This document shows positions 14,898 through 24,734 of a stretch of DNA of 35,184 nt, piece by piece. The translations under genes and the position numbers were made by a program. Numbering within the stretch: the first letter of the stretch is position 1; each line of letters opens with the position of its first letter. The DNA lies in IMG/VR virus record IMGVR_UViG_3300001346_000001. One strand, written 5' to 3'. The notes below the pieces were generated by a model that worked only from the letters and a program-made list of their open reading frames with translations, searched no databases and had not been told where the DNA came from. The stretch comes from a virus.

Positions 14898-17465
14898 TTA
14901 TTCTACTTCTTCCATCAATTCTTTTTGTTTTTCTATCTGCCCTTGAATTTCAAAATCTTTATTTAACCCTAATAATTTTGTAATATCTAACTGAATAAGA
15001 TTATTGGATGCATCAGTATATAGAAAAGGATTAACTTCATTATCTATTGGCTTGTTAGTAATATAAAACATATTAGGATTTCCGGAATTAACTAAATAAA
15101 CTCCATCATCAATAATTTTTTCTATTGGAAATATTTCACCATCTGTATAATGAGGTGTTGATTGCAAACTTTTTTCAAAAACACTTACCTCTAAATTATT
15201 AAGCATTTTATCTAATTCTTTTTTATGAACTTCTTTTGGTACAATTACATTATGGCCATCATCTTCATAAACTCCACCAAACCCATTTTTTAAATCACCG
15301 GTTCCTCCAAGAAATTCATTAACTCTTAATTCATATTCATTACTTTTTATATCTCCTTTATTTAAAGCTGAATAATAAACTGCATCATTAATAGAAGATT
15401 TTAAACTATTGCTTATTTGTAAATCATTTAAAACATCTGCTGTTTTTGATTTAATATCGTTTTTTGTTATATTGGAATTAGGAAAAGGTAATTTTTTAAT
15501 ATCTTTATCTAAACCATCTAAAACAGTTGTAACTAACCCAGGGTTACTTCCTGATAATTCTCCCATAAGTGAATACATTCTTGCGGTATCTTGGTTGGAA
15601 TCAGAAAACATTGTGCTAAATAATTCATCACTATATTCTCCAAATGCTACTCTTATATTATTTAAAATATTTAGTTTTTGTGATGCAGTAGGTGCTGATT
15701 CTATTTCATTTAATAATTGTGTTTCCTCATCTTTTGTTAATATTTGAAATGGAACTAAACCTTTTTCTAATTCAGTTTTATGAACCATATATTTATACCT
15801 TTTATTTGTATCGTTTATTATCCCAGTACCTTGAGTGTTTTTTCTAATAATATTTGAAATGTTTAATTCAGGAAAATTTTCATCTTGATTTTGATAATAT
15901 GAAACTGGGTCTTTTATTAATGCAGTTTTTTTCTCTTTAACAATTTTTTGCAAGGCCTCAGCTACCTTTTGGTCAGCATTTGTCATTCCATTATTATTCA
16001 TTGTTGATATTAAATTTTGTATTTCTGATTCAGAATCAATGGTAGGAATTTTGTCTTGATTTTTTACAACATTATATAATGTTTTTAATGCATCATATTG
16101 TTCTGTAACACTTGAATCATTTATCCCTTTAACCATATCTGAAAGTTTATTTATTTCTTTTTGGTCAGGAGTATTATTTGCTTTTATAATGTTTCCTATT
16201 TCAGTAATTTTATCTATTACAACTTTGGCATCACCTTTTTTCTCACTCGCTACCTTATCTAAAGCCTCCATAATTAATTGTTCTGATGCTGTTACACCAT
16301 CTTCTTTTAATTGATTTTTAAGTATTAAAATATTACTATCTATTTCTGAAACTGGCATTTTTGTTATTTCTTTTATTCCAGGAGCAAAGGCCTCATATAA
16401 TTCTATCTCTTGCATCATTAATGCTTTTTTATCTGAATCAGCCTCATTTTCTACATTTTGTTTTAACTCAGATAATCTGGTATTAACATCATAACCTTTA
16501 AACATACCGGACTTTATTTGAGTAAAATCTTTATTGTAAACTGTTAGTGCGGAATTAGATTCACTTTTTCGACTTCTTATAGTTCTGTTAAAATTAGCTC
16601 TTAAAGATTTAATAGCATCTCTATTTAAACCTCTTAACAAACCATCTTTTTTAGTGGTTGCTGGTTCAAACACTTTATCCATAAATGCATTTTTATCAGG
16701 AGCTGCATTAAATTTTGCAATAACCTGAGATGCATAAACATCCTCTTGATAATCTAATAATTCTTTGGCAACTTTTTCACCAGTAAATTTATTCGCCTCA
16801 AGGAACTTTCTATGATTTACTAAATCCATCTCAAGAATTGCATCAAACTTCTCATCAGGTAATGTTAATCCTTGGTTTGCAGCAAATAATTCACCATCTT
16901 TTTTTCTTCTATTCCATCCCATTAATGCATCAGTTTGGTCTTTTTCTGTTTCCCATTTAGACCATTTACCAATATAGTCACTCATTGTACTTTGGCCTAA
17001 AATGGATAATTTCATATTTAACTCAGCTGCGGCAATCGGACTAAGATTTTGTAATGCTGAGGAATAACCAGTATTTAAATTATCTATTTTATCTTGTAAA
17101 TCTTGTGGATTTTTACGATTCGTTTCCCAATCTGTTAATAAAACACTTAAGTCATTTCTTGCTTGTGTTTCTAATTTAGCGGCTGAAAGAACTGATGCTT
17201 GTTCAAATGCAGCTGCTCCAGCTGCGGTTATTGGTTTCTTTCCTCCATATTGCTCTAAAACTCCCTCAGGATTTTGAACAGCTGTTTCCTGAGCTTGTCT
17301 TATTCGAGATTTTTTATGTATATCTAATGCAAAATTAGTAACCTTATCTGCTTGTTGTTGCATAGCTGATGCGGTTGTTTGTTTTTCTCTCAAATTAGCA
17401 AAATCAACATTTCTAATTGGAGCTAAACTATAACCCATACTTCTATATCTTAAACTTTTAACCAT
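14898..17465 (-). CDS. Large internal-virion/ejection protein candidate (855 aa)
   Basis: Long, mostly helical, K/E/N-rich ORF without recognisable enzymatic motif. It follows the tail proteins and is coupled to the M15 gene (1-nt gap). Confidence 0.45.
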   Translation of the reverse strand: MVKSLRYRSMGYSLAPIRNVDFANLREKQTTASAMQQQADKVTNFALDIHKKSRIRQAQETAVQNPEGVLEQYGGKKPITAAGAAAFEQASVLSAAKLETQARNDLSVLLTDWETNRKNPQDLQDKIDNLNTGYSSALQNLSPIAAAELNMKLSILGQSTMSDYIGKWSKWETEKDQTDALMGWNRRKKDGELFAANQGLTLPDEKFDAILEMDLVNHRKFLEANKFTGEKVAKELLDYQEDVYASQVIAKFNAAPDKNAFMDKVFEPATTKKDGLLRGLNRDAIKSLRANFNRTIRSRKSESNSALTVYNKDFTQIKSGMFKGYDVNTRLSELKQNVENEADSDKKALMMQEIELYEAFAPGIKEITKMPVSEIDSNILILKNQLKEDGVTASEQLIMEALDKVASEKKGDAKVVIDKITEIGNIIKANNTPDQKEINKLSDMVKGINDSSVTEQYDALKTLYNVVKNQDKIPTIDSESEIQNLISTMNNNGMTNADQKVAEALQKIVKEKKTALIKDPVSYYQNQDENFPELNISNIIRKNTQGTGIINDTNKRYKYMVHKTELEKGLVPFQILTKDEETQLLNEIESAPTASQKLNILNNIRVAFGEYSDELFSTMFSDSNQDTARMYSLMGELSGSNPGLVTTVLDGLDKDIKKLPFPNSNITKNDIKSKTADVLNDLQISNSLKSSINDAVYYSALNKGDIKSNEYELRVNEFLGGTGDLKNGFGGVYEDDGHNVIVPKEVHKKELDKMLNNLEVSVFEKSLQSTPHYTDGEIFPIEKIIDDGVYLVNSGNPNMFYITNKPIDNEVNPFLYTDASNNLIQLDITKLLGLNKDFEIQGQIEKQKELMEEVE

Positions 17466-17492
17466 TATATTTTTTATCTCTCCATATTAAAC

Positions 17493-17951
17493 TTAACCAA
17501 TAGCCGCAATCTGCATTGCAGTATCTCCAAATTTTCCTACAGCATTATATATTCCTTGCTTTCTTGATTCTTTTCCAGCTTGCTCATATAAGTTTGCCTG
17601 GAACTCACCCATACCTAATGTTATGTCAGCTCCTCTTTTAGCTGTTGTGTAGTCCTTATAACCCTCACCAAAAGCATACATTGATAGATTGCCCATTGAA
17701 CCACTAAATGGATTTAATAAAGCTGAACCACTTCGAGCATTAATTGCAGCTGTTGTTTCTAATGATTTATCTAATGCCGCAACTGCTTTTCTATTATATT
17801 CTAAAGCATCTCTACTAGCCTGAAGTCTTGTCATTTCAGCTTGAGCATTATATTCTGTTTGTTTATATGAACCTTGCATTACTGCTCCAACAGCTGATAC
17901 TGCTGTACTAGCTATTGAAATATAAGGTGCGATTAAAGCTACTGTTTCCAT
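17493..17951 (-). CDS. Small virion protein with N-terminal hydrophobic segment (152 aa)
   Basis: The hydrophobic helix METVALIAPYISIASTAVSAVGAVM is followed by an Ala/Gly-rich region. It lies between the large tail protein and the ejection block. Confidence 0.4.
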   Translation of the reverse strand: METVALIAPYISIASTAVSAVGAVMQGSYKQTEYNAQAEMTRLQASRDALEYNRKAVAALDKSLETTAAINARSGSALLNPFSGSMGNLSMYAFGEGYKDYTTAKRGADITLGMGEFQANLYEQAGKESRKQGIYNAVGKFGDTAMQIAAIG

Positions 17952-17952
17952 T

Positions 17953-19938
17953 TTATCCTCCTATACTCACTTTATAATCTAATGCTAATAAATTTAATTC
18001 TAATGGAACTGATTGAGTAATAGTAATGGTTCCCTCATCATTAAATCCTAATAATGGACCTACTTTTTTAATTCCAGTAAAAGATTCAACAGCACTATCT
18101 AAAATATCCTCACCAAAACTTCTAAATGGAACTAATTGAGAATTAACACTCATCGCCTTGCTTTGGTAAACATCAGCATTTACTTCTATTATTCTTTTTT
18201 TAAAACCTTTAGCTGACACACTTCCAGAAAATTTCGGTTGTACCGGCATTGTTTTTACCTCTAATGCGAATGGTAATCCCATTTCATAATTACTAGCTGA
18301 TGCTCTGGAAAAAGTAACAACACCACTTCCATTTGTTGTTTGCTGTTCCTCAACATTTCCATCGTTAATTATGTCAACTGTTGAACTTGGTAAATGTGCA
18401 GCTGTACCGGTTGTGCTTGAGGCTGATACATAAACAGCTGAATCTGTATGTAATGTTGAATCAAATACTTCAACAAAATATTTTGTAGCACTATTAATAG
18501 TCCTTTTAACGATTGTGTAAATAGTATCAACATCAACACCTACTGCTAAAAATTCCCCTGAGGTTGTTATTTTAGATGGAGCTATAACATTTTGACTTCT
18601 AAGTATAGAATAACAACTCATAGAGCCATTACCTGAATTTACAACAAACAATCTATCTGTTTCTTCTGTACTGGTACTTCTTCTAATAGCCATATCAACT
18701 GGATTATTTAATAAATGAGAACTTAATAATGATATGTTAGCTGTGTTATAGGCTTGCTCAGTATCAGTAAAAGACATTTCATTTAACATCTTTCCACTTC
18801 TTTGAATATAAATTGTTCCTGAATCTAATCCAGCAACTGGCACTCCTGGCTTTGTTCCATTTCTAGTGGCAGTTCTTACTAAAACATTTTCAGGCGTTAT
18901 AGCTTGGTCAACAGTTTGCGGGATATAAAATTCTGAGCCACTCGTGAAAATTTGCAAATCCCGGCCTGAGTGAATATCAACAATTTGATTTAAACTATCT
19001 GTTGATATTGTTGCTGTTACTGATTCATCATCTAATGAACCACCTAAATTAAAATTAAAAAAATCTGCTACAACAGAACCCCAAAAAGTCGTTGGTTGTG
19101 ATTTACTTCCTCCAAAATATAATCTTCCCTGGTGAAATGTTGTTGATACTGGATAACCTTTTGATGCTGACCAGGAATCAACATAACCAGTTTCTAATTC
19201 CCAATTACCACTTGCAATCGCTGAACTATTAAATAAATTGATTTCAACAATTCCTTTAACACTTGTTCCGGAAACATACTCAATAATTTTAATTCGACCA
19301 AAAGATTCTGTTAAATTAATATATTGTTTCTCGTGGTCCGCTGTAAAAACACTTGAGCCAGCTGTTAGGGTTATACTTCCACTTGTTCCGCTTGGTGTTA
19401 AAGTAGAGGAGGGATTACTTGTTGTAATTGTCGGAGCATAAACCGGAGTATTTTTAAAAGTAATAGTCGATAAGGTCCAAAGGTTGTGGTCAGCTCCTCT
19501 TACAATTTTAATTGGAGCTAAGTCTTTTTGAACAAAAATAATAGTATCAGCACTTTGTGTATATTTAATTGTACTAAGCATAGCTGAAGTTAAAGTTGAA
19601 ACCGCTAAATAATCATTACCAGTAGAATTAATGTTAGTAACTAAGGTTGCATTTCTATAAATATAAATTCGTTGATTAACTAAAGCGAACATATATGAAT
19701 CATCAGTATTAAATTCAAATGGTATTAACCTAACACCACTACCAGGACTAGCTGCTGATGGTAACTCGCTTATATATTTTAAACCATCTCGTCTTTTTAA
19801 TCCGCCTTGAGGTTGAATAAATACATTGCTTGCAGTTTGTAAAGCATTGTAATATTGCTGTAAATCTACCCTACCTCTTACTAATGGGTCTAATTCTCCT
19901 ATGCTGAAATTAGTTTGTATGTTAATTAACCTGGACAT
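17953..19938 (-). CDS. Major tail structural protein (tail tubular protein B-like / phage stabilisation protein-like, 661 aa)
   Basis: The N-terminus NFSIGELDPLVRGRVDLQQYYNALQTASNVFIQPQGGLKRRDG resembles the conserved start of large tail/nozzle proteins of epsilon15/BPP-1-like podoviruses. Size and position (after capsid and adaptor) fit. Confidence 0.5.
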   Translation of the reverse strand: MSRLINIQTNFSIGELDPLVRGRVDLQQYYNALQTASNVFIQPQGGLKRRDGLKYISELPSAASPGSGVRLIPFEFNTDDSYMFALVNQRIYIYRNATLVTNINSTGNDYLAVSTLTSAMLSTIKYTQSADTIIFVQKDLAPIKIVRGADHNLWTLSTITFKNTPVYAPTITTSNPSSTLTPSGTSGSITLTAGSSVFTADHEKQYINLTESFGRIKIIEYVSGTSVKGIVEINLFNSSAIASGNWELETGYVDSWSASKGYPVSTTFHQGRLYFGGSKSQPTTFWGSVVADFFNFNLGGSLDDESVTATISTDSLNQIVDIHSGRDLQIFTSGSEFYIPQTVDQAITPENVLVRTATRNGTKPGVPVAGLDSGTIYIQRSGKMLNEMSFTDTEQAYNTANISLLSSHLLNNPVDMAIRRSTSTEETDRLFVVNSGNGSMSCYSILRSQNVIAPSKITTSGEFLAVGVDVDTIYTIVKRTINSATKYFVEVFDSTLHTDSAVYVSASSTTGTAAHLPSSTVDIINDGNVEEQQTTNGSGVVTFSRASASNYEMGLPFALEVKTMPVQPKFSGSVSAKGFKKRIIEVNADVYQSKAMSVNSQLVPFRSFGEDILDSAVESFTGIKKVGPLLGFNDEGTITITQSVPLELNLLALDYKVSIGG

Positions 19939-19940
19939 CT

Positions 19941-20558
19941 TTACCTAATAGCGGTTAAATCAAAATCATCCATTGACCAATTCGGTCTATTTTGACCATC
20001 TATTTGTGTTGCTTGTCTAAACATTCCTCCTCTCATATTTTCACTTACTGAACCAACAGCAATAGTTTGAAAATATTGAGCCTTTGTAATTTGGTCGGTA
20101 ACACTTTCTGCAATATGCCAGGCCATAAAATATTTTAATAATTGAATAAAATAAGTCGGCAATACATCTTCTGATGGTGAGCATTGATAATCAACATAAA
20201 TGCTAGTTTCATTTGTAACCAACTTATCCCCTAAAATTTCCCATCCAGTATTTATTGAGGATGCTCCTGAAACACTTGAAGTAAAAACAGCTCTTACTCC
20301 TGAGCCAATCATATCTGATGGTAATGAATATTCGTATGTCCACTCTGTGGCTGGTGAATTTACAGTTTGAGCTAACTGTACTTTCTTATAACTAAATGAC
20401 CAAGGATACATTCCTAAGAGCATATCTTTAGTATCGTCATATAATCGGTCACAAATTTGAGCTGAATCAGTACCCTCAGAAAAACTACTTAATGGAGAAC
20501 TACCTAATAATATTAACGAATCAGAACAAATTGATAACTTAGAATCTCCAGTAGCCAT
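19941..20558 (-). CDS. Head-tail adaptor / tail tubular A-like structural protein (205 aa)
   Basis: Assigned from position between the capsid genes and the 661-aa tail protein, and from tight coupling (2-nt gap). No specific motif. Confidence 0.35.
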   Translation of the reverse strand: MATGDSKLSICSDSLILLGSSPLSSFSEGTDSAQICDRLYDDTKDMLLGMYPWSFSYKKVQLAQTVNSPATEWTYEYSLPSDMIGSGVRAVFTSSVSGASSINTGWEILGDKLVTNETSIYVDYQCSPSEDVLPTYFIQLLKYFMAWHIAESVTDQITKAQYFQTIAVGSVSENMRGGMFRQATQIDGQNRPNWSMDDFDLTAIR

Positions 20559-20565
20559 AAAAACC

Positions 20566-20597
20566 TTTAAAAAATGGGAGAGCTTTTACACCCTCCC
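20566..20597 (-). terminator. Weak rho-independent terminator/attenuator after the capsid genes
   Basis: The minus strand reads GGGAG-ggtgtaaaag-CTCCC followed by A-TTTTTT (plus GGGAG 20576-20580, CTCCC 20593-20597, A-run 20569-20574). It lies in the 50-nt gap after the 93-aa capsid-associated gene. Confidence 0.35.
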
Positions 20598-20608
20598 AAA
20601 TTATTAAT

Positions 20609-20890
20609 TTAGTCACTATCTGTTGCAGTAACAGTAAGACCATCGGTGACATCACAGACACCACTAGCATTACTAGCTACAAAACAAATTGTAACCGCTT
20701 GTGTTCCTCCAGTAGAGGAACGAACAAAAATAATATCTCCAACACTAACTGTATCAGAAACATCGTTAAAATAAGCGGCTGTATTTACATCGCCTATTGC
20801 ATCTGTCGTGGAGTAAGAAAAGAGTCCAAGTCCGGTACCTTTCTTTGATACACCGCCAACGACATTCCATCCATCTCTATTAAACGCCAT
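20609..20890 (-). CDS. Small capsid-associated protein (decoration/cement candidate, 93 aa)
   Basis: Immediately downstream of the major capsid gene (4-nt gap) and beta-rich. The assignment rests on position only. Confidence 0.35.
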   Translation of the reverse strand: MAFNRDGWNVVGGVSKKGTGLGLFSYSTTDAIGDVNTAAYFNDVSDTVSVGDIIFVRSSTGGTQAVTICFVASNASGVCDVTDGLTVTATDSD

Positions 20891-20894
20891 ATCT

Positions 20895-21752
20895 TTACTC
20901 CCTTGTTGTTATTTTAACGATACCATCTGCATCGATGGCAATTCCGCCACCTGAAAACATTGATGCAACTAACCAGGAAGTTTTTTCCGCAACCCAATCA
21001 ATTCGAGAAGTTTGGTTCATACCAATACCAACACCAACAGAACTTTTATGAAATGCATAACAGATTCTGTCCGAGCTACCATCAATAGCTAAACCGCCCT
21101 CATCGGGTCTATCGCCAATAGTTATTATTTTAAAACCAAGCCAAGTATCCAAATCTCCATTTACAAGAGCTTTAATGCTATTGAAATCAGAGCTTTGTAC
21201 GCTAGTTTTACCTAAGAGGTTACTGAGCGAGTTCGCATGCACCAAAAGTGTTCTATCACTCGGTGGAACATTTTTCGCATCTAATGTTTTTTTAGCTGCT
21301 CGAATCATCCCAGTATTTAATCCATTAGCACTTCCTGAGCTGCCATCTTCTTGGATGGTGTTAGCTACAGCTCCGGTTCCTGAGGCTGCTACCAAACTAT
21401 CGATGGTCACTTGGTCCATTCTTCTGGCAATAGCTCCTGAAACAGATTGAACTAATTCGGATTTTTCTTGTATATTTACTTTTGGAGCGTGAAACATATC
21501 TGTGTAATCAGCTGCAATGTAGTCGGTCATAGTGGCCGATACATTACTCCAAGTTAGTGACATTGGCACTACATCAGTAAGTGGACTCCTAATACTAGCT
21601 GAACCCTTACTCAATTTTTGGAATTTTACAGTTGAACCCACAACTCCAGTTCTTTCCCTTGTTAACCCAGCTAATTGGCGTTGTGCCTGATAAGCCTGGT
21701 GAACTTCAGAATCAAACATAGTAATAAATGCATTACTTACACTTGCTACCAT
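20895..21752 (-). CDS. Major capsid protein
   Basis: 285-aa ORF directly after the scaffold gene with a strong SD (AAGGAGAAACACA-ATG) and a 207-nt leader. The N-terminal pattern (FDSEVHQAYQAQRQLAGLTRERTG...VKFQKL) resembles HK97-fold coat proteins of BPP-1/epsilon15-like podoviruses. Confidence 0.7.
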   Translation of the reverse strand: MVASVSNAFITMFDSEVHQAYQAQRQLAGLTRERTGVVGSTVKFQKLSKGSASIRSPLTDVVPMSLTWSNVSATMTDYIAADYTDMFHAPKVNIQEKSELVQSVSGAIARRMDQVTIDSLVAASGTGAVANTIQEDGSSGSANGLNTGMIRAAKKTLDAKNVPPSDRTLLVHANSLSNLLGKTSVQSSDFNSIKALVNGDLDTWLGFKIITIGDRPDEGGLAIDGSSDRICYAFHKSSVGVGIGMNQTSRIDWVAEKTSWLVASMFSGGGIAIDADGIVKITTRE

Positions 21753-21883
21753 TGTGTTTCTCCTTAAAAAAAGGTTTATATTAAAAAATTATTTCGCTTT
21801 AAGTTATCTTATCCAGGCTCAAAACTTGTATTTCTAATACCATAATAAGCCGGCCAAATTTAAGGTTATCGACTATTACTTAC

Positions 21884-21912
21884 ACAATACTAACTAGAGT
21901 AATAGTGTGCAA
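21884..21912 (-). promoter_or_regulatory. Candidate sigma70-type promoter upstream of the major capsid gene
   Basis: The minus strand has TTGCAC (plus 21907-21912), a 17-nt spacer, then TATTGT (plus 21884-21889). It overlaps a 9-bp inverted repeat, ACTATTACT (21872-21880) / AGTAATAGT (21898-21906). Confidence 0.3.
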
Positions 21913-21959
21913 ATAACATCCCGATATTTGAAAGATATATAATAACATACAGAGAGTTA

Positions 21960-22829
21960 TTATCCTGGGTATGGCTCTCCACTAGCCTCATAAAATGCTT
22001 TTTCAACTTGTCTTATATAACTTTCATCTCCAGCCTCATAGCGTGGGTCTTTAAGCATTTCTTTAGCCTTATCTATTGTCATTTTACCAGTTTCAAGAAT
22101 CTCGGTTGTTGGAATATTTGGCTCTCCATAAGAACGCCTGATTTTATTCATAGCAACGACAAAATTAGGGTCAATAGAGGCACGACTAATTGCCTCCATT
22201 TCCTCCTGGTTAATAACTTTAGAATTTCTATATCCATTAAGCCAATTTTGAGTATTTGCAATAATAGTATCTGCATTTTTACCTAACTTCTCTCTTGCCT
22301 CAATACCTTTTTGTTGGACTTCATCATCTATAACTCCGACAGCTTTTTGAAACATTCCATAAGTTTTTTCAACTAATTCCTGGCTCATATTATTATCTTT
22401 AGCAAAATCAATAAAGTCATCAAATAAATCATCTGAACCTTTTTTATATTCTTTATTATAAAATTCAGTATCATAATTACCATCTTTAGGAGGTTTATGT
22501 TTACCAGCTGACATTTTATCTCTTAATGACTTTATGTCTTTTTGCATTTGTTCGGCATTAATATCACCAGTTTTTTCATCAAAATATTGTTCGTTTAAAT
22601 AATCAGGCTTTTCTTTTGATTTTACTTTTTCTTCTTCTTTTGTTGGTATGGTTTCTTCGTCTTTTTGTAAGTGATGTACATATTTCTCCTCATCAGGTTT
22701 ATTTTCTTGTTCAGTTTCTTCAGAACTAATTAATGGCTTTACTTCATCATTAGCTTGTTCTGTTACTGGTGTTTCTTCTTGAGCTGTGGATTGTTCCTCA
22801 GCTGCAACAACTTCATCAATAGCTTGCAT
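21960..22829 (-). CDS. Scaffolding protein
   Basis: 289 aa, highly acidic and Lys-rich, with a helical composition. Located between the portal and the major capsid genes. Confidence 0.6.
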   Translation of the reverse strand: MQAIDEVVAAEEQSTAQEETPVTEQANDEVKPLISSEETEQENKPDEEKYVHHLQKDEETIPTKEEEKVKSKEKPDYLNEQYFDEKTGDINAEQMQKDIKSLRDKMSAGKHKPPKDGNYDTEFYNKEYKKGSDDLFDDFIDFAKDNNMSQELVEKTYGMFQKAVGVIDDEVQQKGIEAREKLGKNADTIIANTQNWLNGYRNSKVINQEEMEAISRASIDPNFVVAMNKIRRSYGEPNIPTTEILETGKMTIDKAKEMLKDPRYEAGDESYIRQVEKAFYEASGEPYPG

Positions 22830-22841
22830 AATTTTCCCTTT

Positions 22842-23048
22842 CTATAATTTTGTAGCTCTTAACATTCTTTTCAAAATATCTCTAACAACTGCATTTTCCC
22901 CATCACGATAAAATCCATAGCTTGGGTCAGCTCCAGGTGTCCAACACTCCTTTTCCAAGTATTGCTGCTTTAAAAATCTTAATACTTTAGTTCCATCAGC
23001 TGATGAAAATACTCTCAACATAAGTTTATCTAATTCCTCAGGCGGCAT
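22842..23048 (-). CDS. Bbp19-like small morphogenesis protein (68 aa)
   Basis: RVFSSADGTKVLRFLKQQYL...FYRDGENAVVRDILKRM resembles the Bbp19-like domain found between portal and scaffold genes in BPP-1-like podoviruses. It overlaps the portal stop by 11 nt. Confidence 0.4.
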   Translation of the reverse strand: MPPEELDKLMLRVFSSADGTKVLRFLKQQYLEKECWTPGADPSYGFYRDGENAVVRDILKRMLRATKL

Positions 23049-24624
23049 TTATATCCTCATCAGGAGCTTGTTGAGATTGTTGAGCTTGAACAGCTGTTTG
23101 AGCCATTTGTTCAACAATCACTTTTCGCTGTTGTTTTGAATTTAATATACTTCCCGGCACTCCCATTTTATTAGCTAAATAATCTAATACTGCATCTTGA
23201 TTAACTGCAACCTGGCCAACCGGTCCTAATCCCTGAGCAATTTGAATAAACTGCATTACATTCTGTAAATCTGTCATATTTTGTGATTGAGCTAGTGGAG
23301 ATTGAGGAACAATCTTAACTACATTCCCATCAACTCTTAATGGTAAATCAATTATTTTTTGGTCATCCATAACTTTTAATGTCCTTTGAACTATCGGTAT
23401 TAACGCCTCAGTTATTAATCGACCAAATGCACTTCCTAAATTAGTAGCTAAAGATTTCATTCTTTCCATAACTTCTGTAGCTGAACGAGCTGAGGCTGAA
23501 TCTGGTGGAATCGAATCGTCTAATAATGTTGTTTTAATATTATCAACCAAATCTTTAATAATTATTTGAGCTACATTAAAATCTGATGAGCGGGGTAGGG
23601 GAGTTAATGATGGTCCTTGACCACCACCATTAGATGCAACTGGGATTACACTTCCAGGAGCAATACGAATATTGGCTGGATTTAAAACACCATCATCTCG
23701 AGCTGTATATACACCAGCGATTGCTAGGCTGGCATTTTTTAAAATCATTTCTTTAGTTTTATTTAAAGTCTTAATATCATCGATGCAAGATACTAATGGC
23801 CCTCTACCAAATACCTCTCCAGCTACTTTAGAATATCGACATACAACAAAAGGTGTATCCTCTAATAATCTATAAACTAATTCACTAGCTTGCTGACCTT
23901 TACTATAACCATTTTTATTATAGATAATGTGATAACACCATTTTTCTAATTCAGGTTTATATATAGTAGCCTCTAATAGATGAACTTCTTCCTCAGGTTT
24001 ATCTTCTATTATTTTTTTTAATTGTTCACCTAATACAGCATCAGGCCAAGTTCTTTGAATAACATCAGCTCTAACTTTAATTTTCCTATAAACATTTTCT
24101 ACTTTACCATTAGCTCCCTCCTCAATGGATATTAAATATTGAGGAATAGCCTCGAACTTAATCGGAATATCATCAGATGGTCCTTTTTGTATCATAAGGC
24201 ACGCTGTTCCAACACATAAATCAAGGAGAAATTCTGAAATGCTTAAATCGAAATTTGTTTGGCGAATTACTGTAAACATTTTTTCTGTGTACATATCTAA
24301 GGCTTTTTGTAATTCTTCAGGATTATCAACCTCATCTTTTGCCACATCGCCTACAATTAAACGACACCAGTTTCTATAGGGAGGAAATAAAGATGATTGT
24401 AGGCGATTGGCAAATCGTTGGGTTGAATTTATAGCTGTTGAATCAAAAACTTTGTTTGTTTTTTTCTGGCCTGGGGTTTTTGTTTCCCAATAACCACTAT
24501 ATAAATTTCTTTGTGGCAATGCCATTTCATAACATTGCTCATAAATATCTCGCCAATTTTCTTTACGAGCATCAGCTTTTTCAGCTCGTCTAATTATTTC
24601 TTGTGGTGTAAACTTTCCTTTCAT
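23038..24624 (-). CDS. Portal (podovirus head-to-tail connector) protein
   Basis: 528 aa. The N-terminal RRAEKADARKENWRDIYEQCYEMALPQRNLY...FDSTAINSTQRFANRLQSSLFPP matches the T7 gp8-type connector family (PF12236-like). Located downstream of the terminase. Confidence 0.85.
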   Translation of the reverse strand: MKGKFTPQEIIRRAEKADARKENWRDIYEQCYEMALPQRNLYSGYWETKTPGQKKTNKVFDSTAINSTQRFANRLQSSLFPPYRNWCRLIVGDVAKDEVDNPEELQKALDMYTEKMFTVIRQTNFDLSISEFLLDLCVGTACLMIQKGPSDDIPIKFEAIPQYLISIEEGANGKVENVYRKIKVRADVIQRTWPDAVLGEQLKKIIEDKPEEEVHLLEATIYKPELEKWCYHIIYNKNGYSKGQQASELVYRLLEDTPFVVCRYSKVAGEVFGRGPLVSCIDDIKTLNKTKEMILKNASLAIAGVYTARDDGVLNPANIRIAPGSVIPVASNGGGQGPSLTPLPRSSDFNVAQIIIKDLVDNIKTTLLDDSIPPDSASARSATEVMERMKSLATNLGSAFGRLITEALIPIVQRTLKVMDDQKIIDLPLRVDGNVVKIVPQSPLAQSQNMTDLQNVMQFIQIAQGLGPVGQVAVNQDAVLDYLANKMGVPGSILNSKQQRKVIVEQMAQTAVQAQQSQQAPDEDINAA

Positions 24625-24633
24625 TAGGAAACT

Positions 24634-24732
24634 TTAATATAAAATTAATAACAAAATAACAACTAAAGCAATAATAATCTTATCTTTGTTATTGTGATAT
24701 AAACATTTAATTTTGTTAAAATATTCCATCAT
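24634..24732 (-). CDS. Possible 32-aa membrane peptide (not in supplied track)
   Basis: MMEYFNKIKCLYHNNKDKIIIALVVILLLILY. It starts 2 nt after the upstream stop and ends 9 nt before the portal start. No clear SD. Confidence 0.25.
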   Translation of the reverse strand: MMEYFNKIKCLYHNNKDKIIIALVVILLLILY

Positions 24733-24734
24733 AT

